Assembly (NCBI GenBank): GCA_041690295.1
Contig: JAWLHR010000007.1
Span: 1 to 64,000, forward strand
From: Bdellovibrionales bacterium
Lineage (GTDB): Bacteria; Bdellovibrionota; Bdellovibrionia; Bdellovibrionales; UBA1609
Direction of reading: 5' to 3'
DNA: 64,000 nt
Part shown: in pieces, positions 1 to 9,182 of the stretch
How positions within the stretch are numbered: position 1 is the stretch's first letter
Layout: each line of letters begins with the position of its first letter
Notes under the pieces: model-generated
What the model was told of the DNA's origin: nothing
What the model saw: the letters and a program-made list of their open reading frames with translations, nothing else
Database searches by the model: none
Program-made: the position numbers and the translations under genes

Positions 1-483
1 TCCTTTGGCGGGCATCTGGGCCACTTGAAAACTTAAAATCCTTCTGGTCTTTGATTCGACCGCAAGCGGAACGGAAAGCGGTTTACACTTTGTGTGCTCA
101 AAGGTTTCAAGCTCATCAAGTTCAACAACAGTGGCCAGGGGACTGGATTTGTTTTGATGTTCAAGTTCATGCACTGCTTTTTGGCCCAGAAAAAGAAACT
201 TTCGTTCAACCGTGGTTCGGGAAATGTGAAGCAGTTTTGCGATTCGGCGCTGGGAAACGCTTGAAGCTAAAAGTTTGTTGATGCGGTGATTGAGGTGGCG
301 CTTTTTTTGCCTAAAGCAGGGGTGAAAGGTGGCATAAGAAAAGTATCTAGAGCAGCTAACGCAATAAAATCTTCGCACTCTTTTTCCGTCGGAGGTTCGG
401 CGGAAAAATCCGGCTTTCAAAATTCGCATCCGGTGATCGGACGTTTCTGGGGATGAATGGCAATAGGGGCAGCTTGGTCGCAT
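1..483 (-). mobile_element. IS1-like DDE transposase, partial (3' end beyond the window edge)
   Basis: Hand translation from ATG 483 is open to base 1. It shows a Zn ribbon (CPYC...CVSC), an HTH (SQRRIAKLLHISRTTVERKF) and a DDE start (VELDELETFEHTKCKPLSVPLAVESKTRRIL). Not in the ORF track. Confidence 0.75.
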
Positions 484-544
484 GCCCAGTGGTTAAGGGC
501 AAATTTCTCGCCAGGATTTTCTGCAGGCTAGTGGGGCAGTTCTT

Positions 545-1801
545 CTAAATCAGGATGGCGACAACCGCGCCGGTCATGAGCGTGGCCAGTGTGCCGCCGA
601 TCATGGCGTGAAATCCAAGTCGCGCCAGATCGCCGCGCCGGGTGGGCGCGAGCGGCGCGATGCCGCCGATTTGGATGGCGATGGACGTGAAGTTGGCGAA
701 ACCGCTCAGACAATAGCTAAGAATCAAGAATCCGCGATCACTGAGTGCGCCCGCTTGTTGGGAAAGGTGCACATAGGCCACGAACTCATTCAAAATGGTT
801 TTTTCGCCAAGCAGGGAACCGGCGATGAACGCATCCGAAGCGGGAATGCCGACGAGCCAGGCGATCGGCATAAACACCCAGCCGAGGAGCCATTGCAAGG
901 TGAGTTTGGTTTCATCAAAACCAATGAGGACTCCGACCCGAGTGAGCAAGGCGTTCGCCAGGGCGATAAGGGCGATGAACGCGATCAACATGGCGCCGAC
1001 ATTCAAGGCCAGTGTGAGACCTTCGCTGGCCCCACTCGCGGCGGCGTCGAGAATATTGGCGTGAGGCGTTTTTTCAACTTCTTTGGGGATCTTTCCCATG
1101 GTTTGCGGTTTTTCCGTCTCGGGACGGATGACTTTGGAGAGCAACAGCGCCGCCGGCGCACTCATTATGCTCGCGGTTAAAAGATGGCCCGCGATATCGG
1201 GCATGCGATCGCGCAAAAGTCCCACATAGGCGGCCAAAACTCCACCCGCGGTGTTGGCCATTCCGCCCACCATCACGCACATGAGTTCACTTTTGGTCAT
1301 ACCGGCCACGAACGGCCGAATGATCAATGGCGCTTCGGTCTGTCCGACAAAAATATTGGCGGAAGCGGCGAGCGTTTCCGCACCCGAGGTCCTCATTGTT
1401 TTCTGCATCAGCACGGCGAAAAAATGTGTCACCTTCTGCATGACGCCGATGTGATAGAGCACGGACATCAACGACCCGATGAAAATGATCGTCGGTAAAA
1501 CGTGAATGGCAACGATGTAGCCGTATTTATCAGTGTTCAGAAGTTCGCCGAACAAAAAGCGGCTGCCCTCGAGGGTGAAATCGATCGTGGCGTTGATGGC
1601 CGCGTTCGCGGCCTGGAAAGCGAAAAGAAGTGGTCCTTTGAATCCAAGAGCGGGAATCCCTAAGACGAGAACGCAAAACAAAAATTGAAGAGAAATACCC
1701 CAGGCGACGATGCGCCAGGGAAACCGGGATTTATGACTCGAGCACAACCAGGCCAGGCCGATCAAAACGGCCAAGCCGAACAGCGGAATTAAACGCTCCA
1801 T
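545..1801 (-). CDS. NupC/CNT family concentrative nucleoside transporter
   Basis: Polytopic membrane protein with ANIFVGQTEAPL, EKTILNEFVAY and GFANFTSIAIQIGG motifs. Confidence 0.93.
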   Translation of the reverse strand: MERLIPLFGLAVLIGLAWLCSSHKSRFPWRIVAWGISLQFLFCVLVLGIPALGFKGPLLFAFQAANAAINATIDFTLEGSRFLFGELLNTDKYGYIVAIHVLPTIIFIGSLMSVLYHIGVMQKVTHFFAVLMQKTMRTSGAETLAASANIFVGQTEAPLIIRPFVAGMTKSELMCVMVGGMANTAGGVLAAYVGLLRDRMPDIAGHLLTASIMSAPAALLLSKVIRPETEKPQTMGKIPKEVEKTPHANILDAAASGASEGLTLALNVGAMLIAFIALIALANALLTRVGVLIGFDETKLTLQWLLGWVFMPIAWLVGIPASDAFIAGSLLGEKTILNEFVAYVHLSQQAGALSDRGFLILSYCLSGFANFTSIAIQIGGIAPLAPTRRGDLARLGFHAMIGGTLATLMTGAVVAILI

Positions 1802-1842
1802 GGGGGGTGTATACCAGATTTAAGTCGAGAGTCGAGTTGAAC

Positions 1843-1875
1843 GTCTCAGATTGAGACAGGGCCTCATTTTGACTC
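1843..1875. promoter_or_regulatory. Palindromic operator-like site GTCTCA-N3-TGAGAC plus a degenerate second copy
   Basis: Perfect inverted repeat at 1843-1857 and GCCTCA-TTT-TGACTC at 1861-1875, in a divergent intergenic region. Related site at 39905-39919. Confidence 0.5.
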
Positions 1876-1909
1876 TCGGATCGAGCTAAATTTGCGGCAT
1901 AATTAGGAT

Positions 1910-3295
1910 ATGCAGACCCCGTCCCTGTATTCCTTGGCTGCTTTTTTATTATTGTTTTCTAACGGTCCCGCTCATGCCCAAGGTCAGATAACCACTTGCG
2001 CTGAGAACGCGAATCGCTCGATCGAAAAGTGTAAAGAAGCGGCCAAACAGGCGATCGCGGCATCGAACGCCGCGGGTGCGCAGGTGCTCAACGCGATCGG
2101 TTCAACATCCAACATCAATCAAGGCGGCAAGGGCCAGCATAGCGCCTCAACGGCGAGCGCGGCCGCCTACGAGCAAGGACAGAAGTCCTGCGAAGATAGC
2201 CGCAGGGATTATTGCCAAAAATTTTGCGATCCGACTAAGGCTCAGGCGGCCGGCTCATTGACTCAGGCTCAAGTTAAAAAAGTCCTCAATGATGAACGAC
2301 AACGCTGTGAGCGAGAGATCAAAGGCATCATGGATCAATTGGGCGCGGGCAAAAAAGAAGCCGAACGATCCGCGCAAGGCGCGCAGAAAACCGCCGATTC
2401 ATCCGGTCAAGGCGGAGGCGGTGATCAGGGCGGAGGCCAAGGGGGCGAGCAAGGCGGTGGTCAACCTGGTGGTCAACAAGGCGGCCAACCGCCACAGCAG
2501 GCCCAATCCCCTCAGCCACCGCAAAATCCTCAACCACCGCAGAATCAGCAGCCCCAGGATCCGAACAAAGATCAAAACGCCGCCGTGGACTGCTCCAATT
2601 CCGCATTCGCTCAACATCCAAAATGCATTTTGCAAAAGGATCCACAAGCCGCGCTCAGGGAGCGTTGCGGGCCCGACTCGAGCCATAACGATCCGGCCTG
2701 TAAGCCCTTTCAGCAGCAATCTTTTTGCGCGAATTCCGCCAATAGCCATTGCCCGAGTTGTCGCGGTATGAGCGCGCAGTCGCTGTCCGCCGCTTCAACC
2801 GGCGAGTTACAGTCCATGTGCACGGGCAATTGCGCCTCCGACCCCATGCTCGGTCCGGATCTGGCCAACGCCTGTCGAAGAGTCGTGGCCAATTCCAGTT
2901 CGACATCTTCTTCAACCACGGCCACCACTCCGATGGCGGCGGCCGCGGGTGGAGGAAGCGCGGCCAGTGGTGCCAGCGGCTCTCAAGCCCGACTTGAACC
3001 ACAAATTAAAATTCCCGACATCGGCGAGGGTAATCGCGAGGCGCAAAGCTTGGCCGTGGATTCTTCAGGTGGATTTTCAGGTTATGGCTCCGGCGGCGGT
3101 GGATCTTTATTCGGCGACGAGAGTTCTCCGTTTGGAACCAGTTCCACACAAGGCGGAAACGCGCGCACCACCGCCAGCACCGCCGCGGCCGCGTTGCCAC
3201 GGGATATTTTGGCGAACTCAGTACCGAGTGTATTTAAAATCCACAGCGAGGTTTACAAAGCGTGGTGTAAACCGAAATGTGGAAAGGGCAAATAG
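1910..3295 (+). CDS. Secreted Cys-rich, low-complexity hypothetical protein
   Basis: Signal peptide (AHA-Q), Cys-rich blocks separated by G/Q/P and S/G linkers; shares motifs with the next gene. Confidence 0.85.
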   Translation: MQTPSLYSLAAFLLLFSNGPAHAQGQITTCAENANRSIEKCKEAAKQAIAASNAAGAQVLNAIGSTSNINQGGKGQHSASTASAAAYEQGQKSCEDSRRDYCQKFCDPTKAQAAGSLTQAQVKKVLNDERQRCEREIKGIMDQLGAGKKEAERSAQGAQKTADSSGQGGGGDQGGGQGGEQGGGQPGGQQGGQPPQQAQSPQPPQNPQPPQNQQPQDPNKDQNAAVDCSNSAFAQHPKCILQKDPQAALRERCGPDSSHNDPACKPFQQQSFCANSANSHCPSCRGMSAQSLSAASTGELQSMCTGNCASDPMLGPDLANACRRVVANSSSTSSSTTATTPMAAAAGGGSAASGASGSQARLEPQIKIPDIGEGNREAQSLAVDSSGGFSGYGSGGGGSLFGDESSPFGTSSTQGGNARTTASTAAAALPRDILANSVPSVFKIHSEVYKAWCKPKCGKGK

Positions 3296-3303
3296 GGTGA
3301 AGC

Positions 3304-4662
3304 ATGGGAACAACAATCAAAAACATCGCCATGTTTAGATTCTTCTTCTGTCTGGCCCTGTTGACCGCGAGTTATCAATCCTGGGGTCAGGGCTCCTGTA
3401 CGGAAGAACTGGTGAATAAATGCCGGGCCGACGGTATCGTGGCGGGCGCGACCAGTGCGGTCGCTTCGGGTGGCGCTTATAATTCCGCGAAAACCGGTGA
3501 AGTCGAGGCCAAGAAGAGCGGCGCCAATATGGCGGCGGCCGCGAAAAACTGTAAAGACTCGGCGAAAATGTGCCAAAAGTGTCCTGAGCATGAACGGGAA
3601 AGCTGTAAGCAGGCGGTGGAACAGGCCGCCGGTCAAATGGAAGCGCAAAGTGCGGCGATGAATGGCGCGGGAGACGCCATGGGCGCGATCGCTGGAATGT
3701 TGGGTGCTATGTTGCCCCTGCTCATGAATCAAAATCAGCAGGAAGAAGATCCGCAACAACAACAGCAACCATTCCAAAATATGAGCGCCGATTTGGGGAA
3801 CGGACAGATCGATTGTAGTAAACGGGATGCTTATAATTTCCCTGATTGTAACGATCATTTGCGCACGCGCTGTAAAACCACTCTCGGCGATCCCATGTGC
3901 GCTTCGTTCGCCTCACGCTATTGCGCGACGACTTATTCTCCTCCGAGCCGGAAACCCAGTGGTATTCCCGTGGGTGGATCCGGTGAAGGCCGCGGTGATC
4001 CTTTCTGTGATTTAGTGGACGCTTATAATTACTGTAAGGTGGGCGGCCGGGATGGCTGTCCGAGCTGTTTGAATCTTCAAGCGGGAGCGAGCGAGGGTTG
4101 TCGCGACAATCCGGCTCTTTGTTTGGCCCAGAATTCTCCGGAACAATGGGACCGTTATAAGAATTCGTGCCCTGGAGATCCGATTTATCAAACGCCCGCC
4201 TATCTGGCGGCCAAAGGTGGAGCCTCCGGCGGTAGCGGTGGCGGAAGCACCTTGCAACCGCTGCCGACCGCGCCGAATGCCGGCGGAAGTCCCGGCGGCG
4301 CTCCTCCGCCCAATGTGGTTCTTCCCACCAGTGGATCCACGGGTGGAAGTGGCACACAACAGCCGCTGCAGCCGCCGTCTTTAGTGAATCCGCCCGGTGG
4401 TGGAACCGCCATCGCCGCGAGGGAAGGGCGAGCGAATGGTTCCGCGAACGCCAATGGTGGCATATCAAACGGTGGAACGGTCAGTGTGTTTTCGATGGTG
4501 GCCAAAGACCGCTTGGCCGGAGGTGGCGCCATGGATCGCACAGCGGCTTCGGCTGGTCCCGCGCCTGACGTGCAAGGTCCTTACGGCCCGAATCTTTTTT
4601 CAGTGGGAACCCGGGTTTTGCGTAACAAATGCGCCGCGGGACAATTTTTGAACTGCCCTTAA
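3304..4662 (+). CDS. Secreted Cys-rich hypothetical protein, paralogue of the upstream gene (start may be ATG 3331)
   Basis: Signal peptide MFRFFFCLALLTASYQSWG; shares DCS..P.C, DP.C and CPSC motifs and a similar C-terminus with the upstream gene. Confidence 0.85.
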   Translation: MGTTIKNIAMFRFFFCLALLTASYQSWGQGSCTEELVNKCRADGIVAGATSAVASGGAYNSAKTGEVEAKKSGANMAAAAKNCKDSAKMCQKCPEHERESCKQAVEQAAGQMEAQSAAMNGAGDAMGAIAGMLGAMLPLLMNQNQQEEDPQQQQQPFQNMSADLGNGQIDCSKRDAYNFPDCNDHLRTRCKTTLGDPMCASFASRYCATTYSPPSRKPSGIPVGGSGEGRGDPFCDLVDAYNYCKVGGRDGCPSCLNLQAGASEGCRDNPALCLAQNSPEQWDRYKNSCPGDPIYQTPAYLAAKGGASGGSGGGSTLQPLPTAPNAGGSPGGAPPPNVVLPTSGSTGGSGTQQPLQPPSLVNPPGGGTAIAAREGRANGSANANGGISNGGTVSVFSMVAKDRLAGGGAMDRTAASAGPAPDVQGPYGPNLFSVGTRVLRNKCAAGQFLNCP

Positions 4663-5519
4663 TGCCGGAGATACCGGTTCAGCACGGGTAGTACGCGTTC
4701 AAACAAGGTGACATCCTCGCCCCGGCATCCGTCATCCTCGCAACGAATCGACACGCGACAACCGTCCTTGAGGGCGAAATCAAAATTCCCCCGAACAAGA
4801 ATGCCTTCAACCTGGCCGGTCACCGAATTAAAAACCGCCGAACCGGAGTTTCCGCCATAAGTGTCCAGGTTGGCCACCAAATACTCGGACTTCATTTCGC
4901 GCACATTCGCGCCGCCGGCAATTTTGAGCGGTAATCCCGAAGGGTGGCCCATGACCATGAGTGAGTCTCCCACGCTCAGGCGACCGCTCGTGCGGTAGGC
5001 CAGTGGCTCCACGTGCGTAACGGGCCGGTCGAGGCGAACCAGCGCGAAATCTTCGCCCTTGGGATCGGGTATCGAGTGAAGTAGCTGTTTACAGTTGAAA
5101 ACATTTTCGGAGCGCACACTCCTCGGCAACTCTTCTGGCGATTCGATGCGAAAGCCGAAGACGAAGCGCGTGTTCAGACAAGATTCATTGGTGCGAAGAC
5201 AATGCCCGGCGGTGGCGACGATATCCGGCGCGACCAGAAAGCCGGAGCAAAAGGCGAGTGTTTCCTGATGATAAAAGGGCTCGCTTGGACATAAGGCCAA
5301 CTGTGGACCATAAGGTGAGGTCACAAGATCGGTCCATTCACCGTTGGGGCGAACGTTGGCCGCGCGCACCAGTGCCACAGTCGAGTCGGCGAGCTTTTTC
5401 AGCTGGGGATCGCTGACGGCATAGTAATCGAGGCGGTTATCTTCTCCATATATAACTTCGGGAGAGGCGCCGAACGCTGATGGAATGATTAAAAGAAGAA
5501 GACTCGCCAGATAGCGCAT
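4659..5519 (-). CDS. Secreted trypsin-like (S1) serine protease
   Basis: Signal peptide; catalytic triad motifs TAGHC, EDFAL and DTYGGNSGS. Confidence 0.93.
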   Translation of the reverse strand: MRYLASLLLLIIPSAFGASPEVIYGEDNRLDYYAVSDPQLKKLADSTVALVRAANVRPNGEWTDLVTSPYGPQLALCPSEPFYHQETLAFCSGFLVAPDIVATAGHCLRTNESCLNTRFVFGFRIESPEELPRSVRSENVFNCKQLLHSIPDPKGEDFALVRLDRPVTHVEPLAYRTSGRLSVGDSLMVMGHPSGLPLKIAGGANVREMKSEYLVANLDTYGGNSGSAVFNSVTGQVEGILVRGNFDFALKDGCRVSIRCEDDGCRGEDVTLFERVLPVLNRYLRH

Positions 5520-5610
5520 GATCCCCCCTAACTCAGATCTTAAGAATTCATCGGCAGAATGACGGAGGAATTCGGTAGCCCGGGACGAAAAATAGGCTTA
5601 GGTTAGTGGC

Positions 5611-6375
5611 GTGACTTTCGACGAATATTTCTCGCAAGTTTATGGCGAACGCTGGCCCGAATTGCTGAACGCCTTGAAAGCGGAGCCGAGGAAGCGGGTG
5701 TTGAAAAACCCGTTCGGATCCCCATATCAGGACTATTCTTTGGATGAGGCCTCGCTGTGGCCCGCGCGATGTTTGGACGCGCGAAAAGGTGAATACATCG
5801 CGGATTTTTGCGCGGCTCCCGGCGGTAAACTTTTGGCTTTGATTTTTTCTCTGGAAGGCGAAGCCCGGTTTTTCGCCAATGAACTGTCCCAAGCGCGCAT
5901 GGCGAGACTAAAAGCCATATTGCACGACACTTTACCCGAGGATGTGATGGCCCGGGTTCGTCCGCAAAAAGGTGACGCGGCTTTATTGGGGAAAAAATTT
6001 CCCGCGATTTTCGATCGGATTCTGGTGGACGCGCCCTGCTCGGGCGAACGCCATCTTTTGAGTTCTCCCAACGAGTTGCAACGGTGGTCACTGAAAGGTT
6101 CCAAGCGATTGGCGGTTCGCCAGAACGCGCTTCTTTGCGCGGCCATTGACGCCGTCAAACCGGGCGGCCGAGTGGTGTATTCCACTTGCAGCATTTCCCC
6201 TTTGGAAAATGACAGTGTGATCGAACGGCTTTCGCGCAGTCGATCCGGAAAATTCAAAGTTTTGAAAATCGAAGGTGAAATGGGCGAGCCGACCGAGCAT
6301 GGCTGGTTGATTTTGCCCGACAAATACGGCTGCGGCCCGATTTACACGGCCGTTCTGGAACGCTCGCTGGATTAG
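5611..6375 (+). CDS. RsmB/NOP family RNA m5C methyltransferase
   Basis: DFCAAPGGK, DAPCSG and YSTCS motifs. Confidence 0.92.
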   Translation: MTFDEYFSQVYGERWPELLNALKAEPRKRVLKNPFGSPYQDYSLDEASLWPARCLDARKGEYIADFCAAPGGKLLALIFSLEGEARFFANELSQARMARLKAILHDTLPEDVMARVRPQKGDAALLGKKFPAIFDRILVDAPCSGERHLLSSPNELQRWSLKGSKRLAVRQNALLCAAIDAVKPGGRVVYSTCSISPLENDSVIERLSRSRSGKFKVLKIEGEMGEPTEHGWLILPDKYGCGPIYTAVLERSLD

Positions 6376-9182
6376 AATGTTCCGATATATAAATGAAAGC
6401 GGAAGTCGTCTTCGTCGGGTTTGGGGCCGAGCTTAAAGGCGAAGTCCAAAGCCACGGGTCCCACGGGCGTGTTGTAGCGATAGCCGAATCCCACGGCATC
6501 CCGGTAGGGGGATTCGAACCTGTAGCCACTCACTAAAACCGCTCCGCCATCGTAAAAAATAACGCCACCATGATCGCCGAAGATGGGGAAGCGAAGCTCG
6601 GATTTGAACAAGTAATAATGCGAGTCCGAACGGATGACCAATTGGGTTTGACCATCCACGGGAAATTCGGATTGTTTCGGAATGCGTTCACTGTCCCTGG
6701 CCAAGTCGAAACCGCGAACCGTATAGATTCCCCCTAGGAAGAACGCGTGGCTGGTGGGAACCCCGCTTTCGGGCTCCTGGCTGAGATTGGCGACGTAACC
6801 GCCACGGACCGAGTTGGTCCATACCAGCTTCGGTGATCCCAGACGTTTATGGTATGTGAAATTCCCCTCGGTGCGCACGAACTCGATTTTCTTGGAACTG
6901 CCGATTTCCGGATGGGAGTAATCAACGGTGAGGTGAGTGAACGATCCCATGGTCGGCATGAAGGGGTTGTCCCGGTAGTCGATGTCCAGGGTGGGGCCAA
7001 TCAAGGCCACTTGCTGGGTGGCGGTCGGCCATTTTCCCGATCCGTCGATAATTTCCGAACAATTGGGCGGAGTGCAACGTCGGTCACGCTCGAATTCACG
7101 GCGTGAATCCAAGCTCCAGGCTTTCCAGATCAACTTGGTTTTCTGCGTGAGATCCCGCTCGGCCAAGAATTCCACCTTGTTGCTCACCACGACTTGGGTG
7201 ACCTTCTTGGACGATTGGAAATCGAACACACGCTCAGAACGGGTGAGGGTCACGCGGCCACGCGTCCGGCTGTTAAAGATGAACGGCTCCAAATAGCCCA
7301 CGGAAACTTCGTTTTCCGGATAATTGATTTCGGCCACGTTGGATTTCACTTCGACCCGGCCGGAGATCGCGCGGGCCGTGCCGAAGAGATTATTGTAACT
7401 GAGGCCGGTGAAACCTCTGATCGTGAGATTTCGTTCATTGTTAACACCCACGCCGAAACGGAAGGAGCCCGGATCCCGCTCGGCGACGGAAATCACCAGC
7501 GTCCGCTCGGCCACATTGGTGTTTTCTTCCAGAGTGCGTATGTCGGCCCGCGAGAAGAGCCCCATTTTGTTCAAGCGCGCGGTGGCTTCTTCAAGTTTTT
7601 CGGGCGTCAGAATTTCACCGATCTTGAAATCCACCTCGCGCAAAATCACACTGGTTTTGGTGAAGGTGTTGCCTTCGACCACGATCGAGTTCACCCGAAT
7701 TCTCGGACCTTCATAAATACGGAAGTTGATGCGCGCCTGCGATCCGCTTTCGTTGTACTGGATCAGCTCCTCGCCTTCATTGAGAAGCCGCATTTCCAGG
7801 AAGCCGAGACTGCGATAAAAGCGTTTGAGTTTCTCGATCGCGCCCTCGAATTGATCGAGCCTTAGCGGTGAGTTGGTTTGAAGGCCGACCACTTGCGCCA
7901 GTTCAAATGACGAGAAGAACTTATTGCCTTCGAAATCCAGGGCACGGATTTGAGTTTGTGGGCCTTCTTCGATCAGAAGTTGAACGGAAACTTTTTTGCG
8001 GTCGAGACTGAAGTCCACCCGGCTTGAGAGCACTTTGGCGCGCAAATAGCCTTGATTGCGAAGCTCCGTGACCAGATTCTTAAATCCATTTTCCAGATCA
8101 GCCCGATTGAAGTATCCGTCGGCCACGAGCTCTGAACTGTTGTGCAAAACGAAGTCTTGATAATAGCGCGCGGGCCGGGAAATCCGCCCTTGAACTTCAA
8201 TCCGCGCGATCTTGACCCGATGACCTTCCTTGATCGAATAGTACACGCGCTTAAGGAAACTGCCCGGCGGATTCACCACTTTGGTTTTGATTTCCACATC
8301 GGGATATCCCTTGTTCACATAGTGCCGGCGCAAACGTTCCGAACCTTCGCTGGCCGGGTCGATATTGCGCCGTTCGCGATTATGCAGGTCCATGGCGCGA
8401 TAAAGATCAACCAAGCGTTCAGCCTGGTAACCGGAAAAATAAAATTCCCAGCGGAACGGGTCTTTGATTTCGAATTCGATAAGGGCCTGGGTTTTTTCCT
8501 TGTTGTACTTCACCTCGGGGCCGATCACTTCCACCGCCAGGTAACGGCGATCAATCAGGAAGCCGCGAAGGCCGTTCACGAAACGTTCCATGCGTTGGGT
8601 GGTTAAATTGCGGCCGAGCAAGCGGCGAAACCGGCTGTCCAAGGCTTTTTTGAGATCGACATTTGGGGTGTTGAAGGCGATGCCGGCGATTCGACAGGGT
8701 TTACTTTCCTGAATGGTGTATTGAATGATGATGTTATTGTCTTTGGTTTTCGGAAATTCGATTTCAACAATGGTGTTGAAGAATCCTCTTTCGCCGTAAT
8801 ACTCTTTGATTTTCTCGCCGCCGGTCACGGCCTTCTTGCGGTCAAAGCGTTCGCCGATTTCAATTTGGATCAAGTCGCGGAGTTCGTCTTCGTCACCCTC
8901 GCTGATTCCTTTGAATTCAATTTTCTCCACCACGCGCAGTCGCTTGCCCAGTAGCCGGTACTTTCCATCGCTTGATTCCACGAAAACATTTTCGTAATGC
9001 CCCGTCTTCATTAGGGCCTTCAGCGCCTGATCATAGGTGGCCAGATCTGTCGACTCGGAAAAGAGCCGGGGCAAAGTTTTGCGCAGCTGATCCTCGTCCT
9101 CTTTCAGGATGTCCACGAGGGCGGGCGCCGCCCAGGCGGATTCGAACAGGATTAAAATGAAAATTCCAATCAGCCGTTTCAT
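6372..9182 (-). CDS. tamA: Omp85-family outer membrane protein (TamA/BamA-like) with multiple POTRA domains
   Basis: Signal peptide, repeated POTRA units, VRGF motif, TPVGPVALDFA, terminal Phe; directly downstream of tamB. Confidence 0.85.
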   Translation of the reverse strand: MKRLIGIFILILFESAWAAPALVDILKEDEDQLRKTLPRLFSESTDLATYDQALKALMKTGHYENVFVESSDGKYRLLGKRLRVVEKIEFKGISEGDEDELRDLIQIEIGERFDRKKAVTGGEKIKEYYGERGFFNTIVEIEFPKTKDNNIIIQYTIQESKPCRIAGIAFNTPNVDLKKALDSRFRRLLGRNLTTQRMERFVNGLRGFLIDRRYLAVEVIGPEVKYNKEKTQALIEFEIKDPFRWEFYFSGYQAERLVDLYRAMDLHNRERRNIDPASEGSERLRRHYVNKGYPDVEIKTKVVNPPGSFLKRVYYSIKEGHRVKIARIEVQGRISRPARYYQDFVLHNSSELVADGYFNRADLENGFKNLVTELRNQGYLRAKVLSSRVDFSLDRKKVSVQLLIEEGPQTQIRALDFEGNKFFSSFELAQVVGLQTNSPLRLDQFEGAIEKLKRFYRSLGFLEMRLLNEGEELIQYNESGSQARINFRIYEGPRIRVNSIVVEGNTFTKTSVILREVDFKIGEILTPEKLEEATARLNKMGLFSRADIRTLEENTNVAERTLVISVAERDPGSFRFGVGVNNERNLTIRGFTGLSYNNLFGTARAISGRVEVKSNVAEINYPENEVSVGYLEPFIFNSRTRGRVTLTRSERVFDFQSSKKVTQVVVSNKVEFLAERDLTQKTKLIWKAWSLDSRREFERDRRCTPPNCSEIIDGSGKWPTATQQVALIGPTLDIDYRDNPFMPTMGSFTHLTVDYSHPEIGSSKKIEFVRTEGNFTYHKRLGSPKLVWTNSVRGGYVANLSQEPESGVPTSHAFFLGGIYTVRGFDLARDSERIPKQSEFPVDGQTQLVIRSDSHYYLFKSELRFPIFGDHGGVIFYDGGAVLVSGYRFESPYRDAVGFGYRYNTPVGPVALDFAFKLGPKPDEDDFRFHLYIGTF

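Noticed and set aside
51..281. 76-aa + strand ORF
   Set aside because: It is the antisense shadow of the transposase frame on the - strand.
2400..2570. G/Q/P-rich repetitive DNA as a tandem repeat or CRISPR array
   Set aside because: It is low-complexity coding linker with no fixed repeat unit or spacers. No CRISPR array or cas gene was seen anywhere in the window.
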